DNA of 64,000 bases from Lingula anatina (lineage: Eukaryota; Animalia; Brachiopoda), in the NCBI GenBank assembly GCA_051362555.1, contig CM120647.1, forward strand, positions 8,370,001 to 8,434,000, given 5' to 3'. Position 1 is the first letter of the stretch; every line of letters begins with the position of its first letter. Positions 12,986 to 27,593 of this stretch are shown in pieces. The translations under genes were made by a program, and so were the position numbers. Under the pieces are notes generated by a model. The model did no database searches. It saw nothing but the letters and a program-made list of their open reading frames with translations, and was not told the origin of the DNA.

Positions 12986-14586
12986 TGATGATCGATGGGC
13001 ATGGTGGCGGGCAACACCCAAATCGTACGTGCCAAGCAGAATCCTTCAAACCTTGGTGCAAACGTTCCAGTTTTAGTGCATTGTTAGGGAGGGTACATTC
13101 ACGTGTCCTTCTTTAAGTCACGTGCCATCTGCACGTGCTTAACTTCCTTGTTTTGCAGAAGGACGTCCTGTTTGAACAGGGTGACTCTTGCCAAAGGCGG
13201 ATATGGTGCTTTACACAACCCACGTTAAAATACTGATTGTCCCAGCAACTGCATAAACTTGTGCACGTGCTAAACATTGATAACCTATACCATTACTACT
13301 TTTACCGGTGACGTAGATATGCCAAAAACACAGCAAAAACAGAATCGGACAACAATATATGTATCACATTACAATATCACATGAACAGAACTCTTCAATC
13401 ATTGCGATTGTGCTTTTTTGATTTATAAAAAGAAATGCTCTTCAGATCTTTATATTATAATTCGATGTTCAGAGTCGCCAATTGCCCTAAATCAACAAGG
13501 TACAGGAGATCCAAAGGCGCTGACAAAATAACGATAATAAACTTTTTGGGGAGGATGTGCTGTAAGTATCGTGTTTTAAAAACGGGTTAATAAATTGAAC
13601 ATTTGTCAACGGTTGTGGAAAGGCAATGCCTTAATAATTCAGAAAGACTTGTTGAAATTCCCAGGAAATTTTCTACTATTATAACCCATTGCGACAGAAA
13701 CGTTTGAGACGTATTGTACGCCATTTACATCTGACAGAATGGTTCCAAAAGGGACACGTGATCCGTCTCACTGAAACCGTGAAATCCTACATCCGTTATA
13801 ACTAATTAAAAGTTACATAAAAGCACGGCACCTATTCATTAAAATTTATCACGTTTACCGGCGTTAAGACACAAAATTAACGCATTTACAGTGTCGCTTT
13901 TCAACTGAACGCCGGTCCGTCCCGTGTATCGTTCCTATCAAATGACATGAGTAAACGAAATAGTTCAAACTCAATTTTACCCCAGGGTGTTACTCCTAAA
14001 AAAATGAGTAAATCCCAAAGACTACCAATTGACTTATTAAAGTTGTTGTAAATTGTACCTTAAAGAATGAAATTAAAAAATTGAATTTCAAATGGGCCTT
14101 ATGCGTTTAAAAAAGTCCATTACCTTTGCCACTACCTTCAAGTTCACTTTAACCTAAAATACATATCAAATTAAAAGACAATACCCATAACAACCGAGCA
14201 CCAAGTATCAGATTCAATGTGGCGACGCGTGTCGCCTTCCCCAATCACTTTTAACAAACGTACAAAGTAGTGTAGCCATAAATAGTAACGTTAACATCCC
14301 ATATCTCAAAAGCCTGTTCTTCATGAAATTGATTATTTTAGCTGAAATTCCACAATGTAAGCTCTTCGATACGACATGATCGTATCTCAAGAAAGCTACC
14401 TTTGCTTTTTGACATCTTCGTCTTGGTCCACTTTCTTTCTTTATAAATATTACTTAAATTCTGATAGACTTAAAACGTTTCGATTATGTTAGTGGACGAA
14501 GACACTATAGGCTGCTTATTTCCCTTCACAAGGCGAAGCCTGAACTACACGAGATTCTGTTTTTGGTGAAATCACTCACATTCAGC

Positions 14587-15399
14587 TTATATCGTCTGGA
14601 ACTCCTCGTGACTGCCCTGTAAATGCGCATGCGTATTTGGTTGATAAAAGTTCCCGGATAAACTATACCCGTACTGCTGGTCCTGCTGCCCGCCGCTGCC
14701 ACCGAGTGTGTCGTGGTAATAATACCCATAAGGGTGTGGGTCGCTCTGCCTGTTATACATACTGACGTACGAGTTTTCCCGACCGTTGCCGGCGCTCAGT
14801 CGCTCAGCGTCACTGTCCGGGACAATTTGTTCTGGGGAATGTTTCTCCTGTTGCAGCACGGCCGGCAGCACTTCCAATTTCATCCTTTTTGCCTGTGGGG
14901 TATATCCGTCGTCGTTTTCGTCACCGGTCCCCTCTGGGCTGCTTCCTTGGTCGTCTGCCCCATACCCGGTTCCACTTTCGGGACCCCCTTCTGGCCCTCG
15001 GGACTGGGGATGGTAAGGGTAACCGTTACTGGTTGGCATGGCCATATGATTGTACTCCCCCGAACCCTCGCAGTCCGCAGCTTTACCCCTGTAGTCAAAG
15101 GATTGCTCCAAAGAGCCACGTGAGTACCTTCCGTGGTACAGGAGTGCCCCCTGGTCTACAGGGGGTCCGTTGAAGGCGGGGCTAAATGAACCAGGGACTC
15201 CCATTGGCGGTCTGCCCCGAGCAGCGCCACCTGGCAATGAGGGCACGTAGGACGGGCTTGCGTTGGGATTTCGACTGAAGAGGGCGTGGAAGCTGCTCTC
15301 CACAACGGGCGGGGATGGAGTCGCGCGCTCACTTGTACGGTCGTAGCTGTCGCGGAATCCTTTGGCGAATGGATTGTGGTCTATCTTCAACTGTGTTAT
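14587..15399 (-). CDS. Tbr1/Eomes: T-brain/Eomes exon 5 (T-box end and C-terminal region)
   Basis: tttcag|ATA ACA CAG; [17 protein letters not shown]; stop TAA at 14587. Confidence 0.93.
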   Translation of the reverse strand: MTQLKIDHNPFAKGFRDSYDRTSERATPSPPVVESSFHALFSRNPNASPSYVPSLPGGAARGRPPMGVPGSFSPAFNGPPVDQGALLYHGRYSRGSLEQSFDYRGKAADCEGSGEYNHMAMPTSNGYPYHPQSRGPEGGPESGTGYGADDQGSSPEGTGDENDDGYTPQAKRMKLEVLPAVLQQEKHSPEQIVPDSDAERLSAGNGRENSYVSMYNRQSDPHPYGYYYHDTLGGSGGQQDQQYGYSLSGNFYQPNTHAHLQGSHEEFQTI

Positions 15400-16165
15400 C
15401 TGAAATGATGCGACGGCAATGTATTTGAAACTCATCATACGCCTCCAAAGCCTACAATGTAGCTACGAAACTCTGTAGCTACATTGTGATTCCAGGAATT
15501 TTTCTATGGGTGGTGGGGTAGACGCAAGCACTTATTTTTCCTTCGTTGTATAAAACTGAAATTTCAGTATAAGATGAAAAGGCACGGGGATGGAAAAATT
15601 CTCAGTTTTGACTCATTTTGCGAATTCTTTTTTTTTTTTTTTTTTTTGGAGCAGAAGGGTGCCTTCAAAGCAAAGGGAGCAAAGGGAGGGACAAGTACCC
15701 ATGTGCCTGTCCCTAGTTTCACAGTAATATGCATCTCTCACATTTGTTTAGCCGATAAACGTGAAATAAAGGGCACGTTGTAGTGAGTCAGTTGCATATA
15801 TGCAAGTATACATGTAGATATTGTTATGCAGTTGCATGTAACCTATACCAAAATAACAAAAAATATTACATAAAAACAGACGATTTCAGTTACTTCCGTA
15901 AAATAGTTTCACACTAATGAATGGTGAACTCAAAGACAAAAAATACTACACAAAAATGATTTGATTTTTTTACATTACGTATCAATAAAAAATAGACGTG
16001 GTGTGACACACGGCACTATAAATGCTGAATTATGCTGAATCATTCCCCCATAATGCACGTACGACATGCAACAGTCTGCCGCTGAGGCAATGGCAATTCC
16101 TTCCTGCAATTAGGAAGTAAATTATCATCAAATCACCGCAATTCGATGATAACTGTAATAGACTC

Positions 16166-16179
16166 GTTGCCATGGCAAC
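16166..16179. promoter_or_regulatory. Perfect RFX X-box palindrome GTTGCCATGGCAAC
   Basis: Exact consensus; a degenerate second copy GTTGTCATAGCAC lies at 16206. Confidence 0.5.
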
Positions 16180-16659
16180 AAAAATGCAATACTCATTGTA
16201 CTGTCGTTGTCATAGCACGAAGTGTTACAACATCAATGTCTAAATACAACGACATTTTCTCTTTTTTTTTCAAATTGCAAAATATTTTGTAACGTTTAAG
16301 GACGAATTTTTGAAGAATACAGCAACGTTGGATAAATCACAAGTTCGGTTCAGAGAGCTATGAATCAAGTGTCTCTTTCCTACAGCTGGAATCATTGAAT
16401 GAAAATAATGTTGAAAAATAATAATGACACGATTCAAACTAGACTGTTGGACGCTCTTGTTTTTAATTTCTAGACCAATTTTGTTTACCGTTTGTGCGCA
16501 CCCGTACGCGTGTGTCGTATTATTATGTGTGTTTTTGTGAAGTTTGTTGTCATATTTCATACCTTCGCACAAAAAAAATCTTCAACCATTTTTCTCATGT
16601 TTTCCGTATCTTAAAGTTATATATATATATATTCTGTAATTTTTTTAAATGTAACTTAC

Positions 16660-16812
16660 GTCTGTATTTTGATAGGCTGTCACAGCTATGAATTGAGTCT
16701 CTGGAAAACAGTGCGTCTGGAGGTCCGACGACTCTCGGGTGGTTCCGGAGCACGAGCCGACTTCAATTACATGAATTCGAGGCTGATGCTTGTGCATTGA
16801 ATTCAAAACAAT
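16660..16812 (-). CDS. Tbr1/Eomes: T-brain/Eomes exon 4
   Basis: [18 protein letters not shown]...[16 protein letters not shown]; tttcag / GTAAGT boundaries. Confidence 0.93.
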
Positions 16813-17177
16813 CTGAAATAAACGAAGATGTTTTAGATGAAAAGAGTCGTTGACATATTTTTCAGCGTGAACTGTCCCGCTATGTAAAATATTTAACATC
16901 CTCATTTAAACTTTCGGGTATATGTTGAAGATGGCTCAAAGAATGTTATCAACCTTGATTTGAAAAGTTTAAACATGCACATGTTAGCAGCAAAAATGAT
17001 GATGTATTAACTAGTAATTAAATTTTGTACGTTTCGTCCAAGCTCAGTTCCCCAACCTAAAAAAAAACACCCTTGGTTTTTGCCACGGAAATTCGGCCGC
17101 TGCAACAATGAAGCTCTCTCCGAAATGTTTTATTATGCCCGATATTTTATTGATCAAAGATCGTTTTGTGTACTTAC

Positions 17178-17293
17178 AAATCCTTGGTCACAGTTCTTGT
17201 TATTGGTCAACTTGAGTTTACTGAAGGTTATGTCCTGCTTCATCCAGTGAGCGCCGGAATTCGGGGAATCGGGATGCATGTAGATGCGACCAT
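17178..17293 (-). CDS. Tbr1/Eomes: T-brain/Eomes exon 3
   Basis: [32 protein letters not shown]; tttcag / GTAAGT boundaries. Confidence 0.93.
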
Positions 17294-19576
17294 CTGAAAT
17301 AAAAATATGAACATATATTTGATATAACTTATATTTCATATATTCTATTTTTAAACGTTCATAATCCTAGAAATACACAGGCGTTTCAGTGTTTAAACCA
17401 TTTTGACACGGTTATCTCGTTGAATATAAGATACTTGAACAAGAGAAATTTCCTACCATTGGAATGGGTATAGAACAAATTGCTAGGTTTTGTCCCCCTG
17501 CTTTTAATGGAGCAGGGGGTATCTGGAGGGGGGGGGGGGCAAGTGTCCTGCTGCCCCTCCAGGGACCCCCCTTTTGTATATATATTCATTAAATTTGTCA
17601 TAGCTCGAAGTGCACATAAAAATAAAACATTTGGTACGAAGATTATTCAAGGCAAATGTGTTCATATCTCTAAAACATATTCATAAAAATTTCGTTCAAA
17701 AATTATTACGTTTAAAGTAAAGTAAGCGACAATCTCAATCCGTCATAAACTGACGGGACTTTCCTGTTGCGCTCCAGAGGAAAAAAAATTAAATGTGTAT
17801 GCCGAATAGATATTCGGTACGTCTTCTACATAAGAAGGTCAATCAGAGTTCACTATATATTACGGGTTTGTTGGCCTATTAGTTACTACAGGTTCTTTCC
17901 TTTATTTCCAAGTTAAGGGTTTACACAGAATTGGCCAAATCAAAGGACAGTTCAATTTCATTTGTATCTTTTTATATTTATTTTTAGCACAGATAATAGA
18001 ATGAAAAAATATACAATAGTAAATCAGCTAATAAAATAACTGAGCTGTATATAAACACTCTAAGTGATAACGTGGTGACAAAATAATTATGTTGAGAGAA
18101 ACAGAAAATAACACAGAAAAAATAATGACAAATAGTTTATACATAACTTCACGACTAATGAGAATAAAGTCACAAACAAACAACCAAAAAGAGAGAAAGA
18201 AAAAATATTCATTTGCATTGCTTGAGACAGTTGGTTTTCCTTGGTTTGAGCTATGAAAAAGAATGAACGTTGTCGAAAAGTCGCTCGCACACAAGCACGC
18301 AAGCGCGGCAAACACATGTAAAGATGCACACATACTTACACAGACATACTCCGACCGATGTCGGCCACACGTACGCGCAAGCTCAATAAAGAATCAATTA
18401 ATCAAGAATCGACTCAAGCGCGATTAAACAATGACACGGCTGATCTTTAACAAGAAACTGTTATTGAAAAGCGCGCTGGCGTTACGTAACAACCAATTCA
18501 TTCCACATTTAATACAACTATCCGACCACTTCAGTCGCCAATAAACCCTACTTAAACCTGCAACAGTGACCACAGCAGAGACAATATTTCCCTCTCATCT
18601 CTCCAGCGTCGAGACGATTTATTGAAAAACAAGCAAATCGTTGGTCAAGCGACGATATTGGTCTTTCCAGAAATAGAAAAGGTGTAACATTGCTGCATAT
18701 TTCCCTCCTCTCAAGTGTTTTGGTGAGAGTGAAGCTATTGCATTTTTGCAATATTGTCGAATTAATAAAACCATCATTTATCTGCAATGTATGTACTTAA
18801 CCTTTGAAAGGGACACCTCGGTTACGTAACGACCCATTTGCTGAAACACAACTTGACAAATAAGATCGACGAAACGAAAAAAGTGTTGAAATGATCTACT
18901 TTAGGCGGCCCACTGAGGGATGGGGGGGGGGGGGGGCGATCCAGTACACAGGCAATAAAATTATCAAATCACAGATCACGGGAAACTAAAATGTTTCAAT
19001 GAAAATGCAGGAAATAGGTTCTTGTATAATGCCTACATTTCACGGATAACGAATAACACAGAAAGTTGCAATTCACGGGAATGGGGTGCGTCACGGATGT
19101 TTCACGGATGACGCTAAATAATCTGAATAATATGAACATTTCACGTAGCTCGGCAGGGAAATTGATTTCGCGTGGTAGGGTTTTTACATTTTACTTTCTC
19201 TTTTTTTTTCGGAAAATAAGCTGATTAATTTATTATTGAAAGTATCGGATCGTTGTATGTGTTTAAATAGTCATCATATTATCATTGCACTTATTATTGC
19301 ATTACATAGAATTTAAATGATGATCTATCATTTTTTTAATTGAATCAATATGAAGGGAATTCCCATACAAATTATTTCGAGAAAGGGAAGAGATTTCACC
19401 TAAGACGTTCTTGAGAAAATAAGACAGCGTCTTACACATGTTCTTCTAAAGGTCATTTCCATGTCTACCCTCGCCTTGAAATTGAGACAAAATTTTGTCG
19501 GAGGACTTCTGCATCTCGAAAATTCCATATTTGCTAACATTAAAAAACAAATAGCTTAGTTATCATTTTCGGCCTT

Positions 19577-19626
<50 letters not shown>

Positions 19627-20097
19627 AACACTCTCGATCAAAGGCCATTCTTTTCTCTTTCTTCACTTAGTTTTTATCACTTATTATCATCTTTCAATCT
19701 TTACATTTTGATAACACGATCAATGATAAAACTGCGCAGCTCGATGCTAAATTATGGCCATACGCCTGAAAATGTGTATATTGTGTAATGACATTTTTCT
19801 CAAAGATTAACAGCCGCGTGACCTTACTAGGCAAGATCATTTCACAGAACATGCCTTAGTCTTTTAACAACTTTCAATAAGTAATGTGTAAACAGCTATT
19901 TATCACTCTTTTTATCATTTATTGGAGATTATGTTACTGGCTGTTATCACGATTATCAGTGCGTCTGTCTGTAAATCAACCGCTAAGGATAGGCTATATA
20001 TATAAAGCGTGTGGAAAACAGGAGTTAACGACAAAGTGTGAAGGGATTTATTTTAGTGTCACGGTAGTTTGAACGGCTTGACTATGAGGAATTATTA

Positions 20098-20175
<78 letters not shown>

Positions 20176-21015
20176 AACACAAAGAAAAACGTGTAACACA
20201 ACACTCGCACACACAAACACAATCGGGCACGCGCACACGAATATATTTCTCTTAAACACCGCTACAAACGCACGCGCACACACTGGCATATAAAAAATAC
20301 TACCATTTTTCCAATCATTACTAAAATTCAACGGAGACTGCTTGACAAATGTTTTCGAAGTTTTCTACCTGTTAATTGCAAGTTCCTTCAAGATCTGGTC
20401 TAATTGCTTCCTCCGCTTATTAAGACTTCCTCGCCACGTATAATGTTCAAAATATTATGCAGCCTGCCGCGGGTGCTTATTTTTGCTATGTTACAAGTTT
20501 CACTTATTTTGTCTTTAAAACGTGTTTCGAATTTATTGTGTATATTAGCGTGTCTAACGAGTTATAATTCGCCTTATATTTTTACTTGTCACTTACCATA
20601 AGATTATATTCTTGTTGTATATAATATAAATTTTTGTACGTTCACAATTTTTTGTATGCAAATGATGCACGTAAGACCTTTACAAAGCAGAAAATAACTT
20701 TCCTGGAAATATTGGCAATTTTTCCTTGATTACTAAGGTGCATATCCTATACAAAGCCGCTAAGGAAACTGCGATCTATAAGCTAATTGTAAGTTCCAAA
20801 TTTCTGATATTTCCCGTCACGAGTGAAATTCATTAGTTTCTGTCTCCATTTAAGTCTATTTCAAGAGTACTTTTTACGTGATTCCCCTAGGCCCCTTCGC
20901 GCATGGAGGCCGGGAGACCATCAGGTAGTCAGTTGGCACTGTTTTAAGTGAGTCGGCCATATTTAGTCCGCGGATCTGTTAGCCCGAGGATCAACTTGTT
21001 CTGAATCTGCTCTTA

Positions 21016-21230
21016 GACCCCATTCCCAGAGATTAAATCGATCTACTTTAGATCGACCTAACTCCCTGGGGGTTCACGCTAAATAGCTGTCAGCCGAGCG
21101 GGCACGAAAGTTAATTACCCACTTACAGCCTGTAGTAGGCGGGACGGACATTTAAGCCGGATAATCTGACAGTAATCTATTAAAACTCCCCGCGGGGATA
21201 GATCGATCTAAAAGCTCTGGGAATACGCCC
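21016..21230. mobile_element. MITE, PIF/Harbinger-like, TSD TTA
   Basis: Terminal inverted repeats (attcccagag..tcgatcta / tagatcgatc..ctctgggaat), TTA on both flanks, highly similar to 50237-50451. Confidence 0.85.
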
Positions 21231-21447
21231 TTAGATGCGTGTAAACTATGTCATTTTCGGATAGATATATTCATAAAACAAACACAAATATATAAACCAC
21301 CAACCCTGTAAAGAAGATACGAAAGTCTGCCTGATTGCTGATGCCGAACTTCGGATTGTCAGCTTTCTCAATTTCAAATAGATACCTACATAAAACAAAT
21401 ACATAAAAACCAACAGTTTTTCAAAGTAAACATAAAAGTCTACTCAC

Positions 21448-21602
21448 TTGCTGGTAGCTGTTCGGCTTGTCCGCAAGGAACCCATTTTCCCGTTTGGAAC
21501 TTCCAGTGGTGGGGATCCGCCAGCACCATGTCCACGAACACGTTGTAGTGGGCCTGGGGGTCCAACCCCTGAAGGGAAATCTGGAGCGTCGGGAACATGC
21601 GT
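21448..21602 (-). CDS. Tbr1/Eomes: T-brain/Eomes exon 2
   Basis: [47 protein letters not shown]; ttccag / GTGAGT boundaries. Confidence 0.93.
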
Positions 21603-21802
21603 CTGGAAAATCATGCAAAAAGAAAGGAATTTTAGAGTAATTAACTATTATGGAGTATAGACGTTCAAACATTTTGATGTATTTGAAATTGAAATGCATG
21701 AATAAGATGAACATGTGCATTGCAGCAGTCTTTGTGTAAACTTATTTCTGTTGGATTATAAAATGCATTGTAAGATCAAAGTTATTATTAGAAGAGTATT
21801 GT

Positions 21803-21804
21803 AA

Positions 21805-21855
<51 letters not shown>
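21803..21855. repeat. (AAAT)n microsatellite
   Basis: Directly visible. Confidence 0.95.
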
Positions 21856-23961
21856 GGAAAGTCAGGCACAAGTCATTCTATTTGTAAATTTATGTATTTA
21901 CTCTTTCATTGAAATTCTTTCAGTTCCAGTGCACATCTAAAATAAATAAATCCTAATAATACATTATTAACTTGCATTATAAAACTACTAAAAACAATTT
22001 TGACAAAAATTAACGCAACGATTACTAATCAGACACTGTTTCTTTGTTAGTATTGTGTCTTACAAGTCATTCACTAAGCCCTTATGGTGGATTTGTCACC
22101 TATACAAATTGCACAGGTCATTCTGCATTACGTCCTGTATGAATATCCCATAAATAGTACTTAAAACCTCAACGTCTATAAATATTATACAAATCCAGAA
22201 TAGATTTTCTTCTAGTCAAAACAAGAACCCCCTTCCCCAAGGTAATGAACATAATCATAAATGTCAACGTGTCCTCATAAGGTGGTCAACCCAAATCACC
22301 GACGGGGGTCCGGCTTCATAAAACAAATGCTGACCTTAAGTTGGACTAAACTTTAAGACAAAAAATATACTACTTTGAGTCAATATAAATTATTAGTTGC
22401 CCACTATTAAATGAATCTTGTGTTGTTTTAGGAAAAGAAAGGGTGCCTTTTTTCCAAAAAAAGTTACTTTATCTCAGTTGGCTTCTATTTATTAATCTTT
22501 AACGTGAAGTTGATCAAATTCTAAGAGTTGATCTAAGACTTCGGACTTGTTTTGGGGACTAAAGTTCTTTCGTGGCTCCAGCTCCTTAATCTTATTTCTG
22601 TCACAAAGGTTTTCTGTTTCCGACACGAGTACTCAGTCACTTCGGGAGTGGGACGGGGTGGGAGATTATAACGGATCAACGGGAAGATTAAGATGCCTTC
22701 TAGATTAAAATGGCTTCAGGCCCCAATAAAAACCCTTTGTTGGGTTACGTTAACCGTTTCCAATATTTAACGATAACTCGGGCGTCTCTATTTACAATGG
22801 CCATCTACCTGGTCCGAAATTCAGGCTATTCTTGGCAGAACCTGTTCCGGACAGCGGTCAGTTTCGTAACCATGGGTCATTAAGTTATTAAAAATAGCCA
22901 ATTGGTGGACATAATTGGAAATGACCGCTGATGTGTGGTCAACAACCCTTATAACATAGGTCAGAGAACTGATAAGAATGAATTGCAGCTATTCCAGAGT
23001 CGGTCATTAACGCACTCCCGTATTTCTGGCACATGTCGCAAAATAATGACTCCAAATTTTTGATTTGACGCGTGTCGGCTTTTTCATATTGAAATTCTTA
23101 TACCAATTTTGTTGTAAAACTGAAAATTAAGGGGCTTAGCAAGCTTGACGAGATGGTTGCTGTTTTACGTCATATTTTTTCAACTGATAACCACTATAGG
23201 AAGTTAAATAGTTAACCGTAATCTATTACACCAATGCGCGGTGATTAAGTATAATTAAAGAAAAATATATAATAGAGAGTGAATATAATAGTATAACGCA
23301 AGGAAAATTTTATACTAACGACACACCAATAACGAGAATGGAAACAAATATCCACATAACCACTTATGCTCAGCAAGGATTCAATGCCCCTGTATGATAG
23401 CATAGCAAGTATATGATGGAATTTTGCCATATTTAAAACTTAAAAATCGGGTCCAAGATGAAACTGCTAAAATATAATATGGCCAATTTGAGAACGTGCT
23501 CGTACATCATAAGGATAGATGGTGCGAAAACGTGTTTGGGTAGTGTGCTTTTAATTAATTAAAAATACAGATTGATTTAAGAGGGCGAGAAAGAGATAAA
23601 AAGAAACAGTCTCGAAAAACGAAGAAGAAATAAGAATCCGTGTTATGGGATTTTTCTCGTCAATATGTCGTTTAACTATATATTTCTTTCAATGAAGGCG
23701 AAACACAACCCCTGCGAAAATTTGACTTATTTAATGTTCTCAATCTATTCTAGAACATTTGGTGTATTCTTTTTTTACAGTTCTAATGATGTTCTGTAAA
23801 GAAGGTAACAGTTCGAGAAATGTTTTTGGGAAGTCCTTCGAATGTCCTCGAACAGATTAAGAACAATTTCCATTAAAAGTGAAAAACATTTTCTAGGACA
23901 GTTTGAGAACCGTAAGTGAGCGTTAAATAAAACAATTTTTCGCAGGGGAAGATACCAGAGG

Positions 23962-24005
<44 letters not shown>

Positions 24006-24687
24006 CCATTAACTATTTCATATTGCCTTTGTAAATTTCAGTGCAAATACGTTAATTTAGATTTACATCAATTTAGATTTACATGAATCAGATACTTATC
24101 AATTGCACTAATCACGTTTCGTTTTCAGTATGTTTACATAGATGAAAAATGAATTGAAAGTTTGTTTACACAAAAAGTGAAAATGAACCATCAATAATAG
24201 TAAACAATAATGCTGATTTTTGACATTAAATGAAGCAATAGCAGAAGTAAGGAACACAATAGACATTGAATATTAATAACTGTAAAGGCGTAGAACAAAG
24301 ATGTAGTAGTTACTATCATATTCAATGTTATGACAAATCAATTACTCATAATCGATTAGTTTACATTTTATTAGGTTAAAGATAGCAATCAATTTCAATT
24401 TTTTCCCAATATAAATGCACTTGCCATTAGGATCCGACGAAACTTTAGGATTAGATTTCCGTACTTGCAAGTGATAGTCTACTAAACGATATATAGGGCA
24501 TATCAGATTTATACACCAAGATTATTCTAAATTAAGACGCACAACTACTGTTTCTGCCGTGCGTTTGATAACAACTCCAACAATTCCAACAAATACTCAA
24601 TAAACCCAGAATATAAAAAATCCTTATTGTCATAAGAAAATTTCTTGAGTAATGACGGTGGTAGTATGGCCGAAATCAAGGATGGAC

Positions 24688-24701
24688 GTTTCCATGGTAA
24701 C
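24688..24701. promoter_or_regulatory. RFX X-box-like motif GTTTCCATGGTAAC in T-brain intron 1
   Basis: Matches the X-box consensus; function unproven. Confidence 0.35.
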
Positions 24702-27593
24702 GACATCTCGTGCTTCGTTGCGGAGTAATTGAGGAAGCGTATATAGGAATAATGATCGATTTCGTTCTATCCCATGCTAATTACAGCCCTCGGAAATAAC
24801 TAGAGAGTTCCTTATATTTTTTTTTGCCATCTTAGTATTTGGCCACGATTTCCTTTTGTATTTCTTTTTCTTTTTAACATTTTTCGTATATTTTTTTTAC
24901 CATCAAGGTATGCGTATATCACATTTTTGTATCATTTTTTCCTTTCATTTTCCGTTTTATCTGTCATTTTTACCATTTACTGTGTATTGTTTTCCTTCTT
25001 TTTCATGATTTTAAAAAAATTTATATCTTATATTTTTGCCACTAAACAAAAGTGTAGGCTTTCAATTCGTCTATTTGCATATTTTATTCTGTACATTTTT
25101 ACTATTTACAAAAAAATTGCTCTAAAAAACCTGATATTTTAACCATCGTAGAGTAAGTGTGCACTCCCTTGCGCATTTTATATTCATTTAATCGCACTTC
25201 CTTTGCTTTATAATGTAAGCACTCCATCTTTCTATAACCTCCCTCATGTTTTAACTTCATAACAATATCTCCAATCAACTCCTTGTTTTAGCTAAATAAC
25301 AATATCTTTCATCAGCCCCTTCTTCACCCAAAAGCCTCAAGGGCGTAAATGAAAACGGGTGACATAATCATATTTACAGATAGAGAGTAGAACATATTGT
25401 CTCTAAAGAGAAAATAATCAGCAGGTTAAACAGGTGCATCAGGCACGGCATTTTCAGCTGTCCCCGTGGCGTTGTCTCAGCCACGGCGTTTGTCACGCCT
25501 TTTGGGCAGTCTTTCAGAACGCAGCGGTGTTGCAAGGGGGCAGGTGACGCGAAAACGACTGCTCAAAGGAAGCTGGCTTGATCCAGCCACCGATTTTAGA
25601 GAGAAAGAGAGAAGTTGAGAAGAAGAAGAGAGAGAGATTTTGTGGAGAAATTGATGAGAGATAGAGATGGAGAGAGAGAGAGAGAGAGAGATCTGCCCAC
25701 TGAAACTCATATACCTTTAGTTTATCATCAATGAGTATGCCTCCGCAACTAAAAGCAAGTTCAACAACGTTTCAAAACACACTCACAAGTTTAAAGGCGT
25801 CCCATTCCCAAATACAAACGAAATCAAAAGAAGTGAAACATGAATAAATTGATTAACTAACAAACTGAGGTGGAATATATATGCATAAAATAAACAAACA
25901 CATAAATAAATAATTTTTTTTTAATATTAGGGAAAATATTTTTAGCTACAGAGAGAGAGAGAGTGTGTGTGGGCACACCTTGCGTTACTGATTTACTGTC
26001 GCAGCTTATTTTGTTCCTTAAACAGTAATGAGAGGAAAAGAACTTCCTTTGGACATCCATGTAGAAGAGAACAATCATCTAATGACCGGAACAATGGCCG
26101 CGTCCTTGCCAGACTTCCGCCTGTTAAATCTTGACGATGTCGGGAAATCAGGCGATAGAAAAATAGAGCTGCATTTCTCAAAAGTGAGTTAGTTCTACAG
26201 TTGATTTTAATTGTTAGGACAAACGTTAAAGTCCTCTTTGAACCACTAAATCAGTTGCAGCTTCAAAGTTAAAAAGCAAATTGGAAATCTACGGTAGAGT
26301 AACTAAAGCAATTCCCTCTTTTGCTTTTCATCAATCGCACGTTATGTTTCTTTAATTAGACCAATACTGATTCATGTTAGGTCAAAATATGTTAAATGTA
26401 AAGTCTAGAAGTTAACACCAACTTTCAAACTTCAGTATTTTTCAATGGGCACTTTTTCTTCCAGTAACGTGTTTCTTAGGTTAGACACACTAAGCTATCA
26501 GAAGCAAAACACATCGCCAAAGGGTATTTAAAAAGCGTCTTAAGAAACACAACCTTAATTTATGCTAATATTAACGACAGCCCCTTTTTCGAAAATAATT
26601 TGACCGGCACGATAATTTCTTGTTTATTTCTAGTTCACATGGTATTTATTTATTTTTGCCATATATCGTGATAATAAGCGCCATGCCTGGTGTAGTTTTC
26701 CCATATTTTTTTTCCTGATAAAATTATGTTAAGCAAACGAAATTCAGCCATGACAATTAGTCAAATTAAGCTAATCCATTACAAACCAAGATTTATGGAC
26801 ACACAAAAAGTCGCCTTTTTGGTCTTAACTTGACAATACAAAGACAATGAACCTTAACTTCAAGGTTATGAACTATTGACACTTAGTTTACGTGAAAATA
26901 ATCACCAACAATAATCTTTATGGCTATGTAATCGATATTATCGTTGACGGTCTTTGCGGGAAAAAAGATGTGAATCTTTTCTATCTCGTGTAAAAAGAAG
27001 ACCCCAATACATTACCACGATCGTAAAAATAAAATAAAATAATAAATAATGAAGTATATTAAACGTATTGCCATATTATTCCTGCAATTGGCATTCAATT
27101 AGCAAAGTCGGAATGCTGGTGATATGAAAAAACAAACAAACAAAAGAAACGTTAAGACGAATATTAAGAACAGAATAACTGCATAGATCTAGAAAAACAA
27201 AGAAACCGCTGGTGTGAATAATGCGCAGCAGCATCAACGTCAATACTTGGAATTGGCAATACCGCAGATTTTTTGATACACATTTCTCCTTTTTTACATT
27301 ATCAAGTCCGTTTCCTTTTTTTTTTTTTTTTTTTTTTCGTTTTCGGAAAAGAGAATTAAAATCTTAATAGCTGTAAATAAAACGAACACGTGAAGGGACT
27401 ACTAATGACGTCAGACCAACGGTGCGGTTCTTGATTTCATTAGCTCAACATTTACTCCATTACCAATACTTATCACAATTTCACATTTCGTATTAGCACA
27501 TGAGTACTACAACAAAAAGAAAAGGTTTTATGTGAAACTTGAATAGGTATATAGTTCTAATGTAAAATTTGAATTTATATCGCTGATAGAGTG

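Noticed and set aside
18922-18936. Poly-G runs (also 17527, 35179, 36630) as G-quadruplex elements
   Set aside because: They belong to G/C-rich ends of dispersed repeats, and homopolymer length is unreliable.
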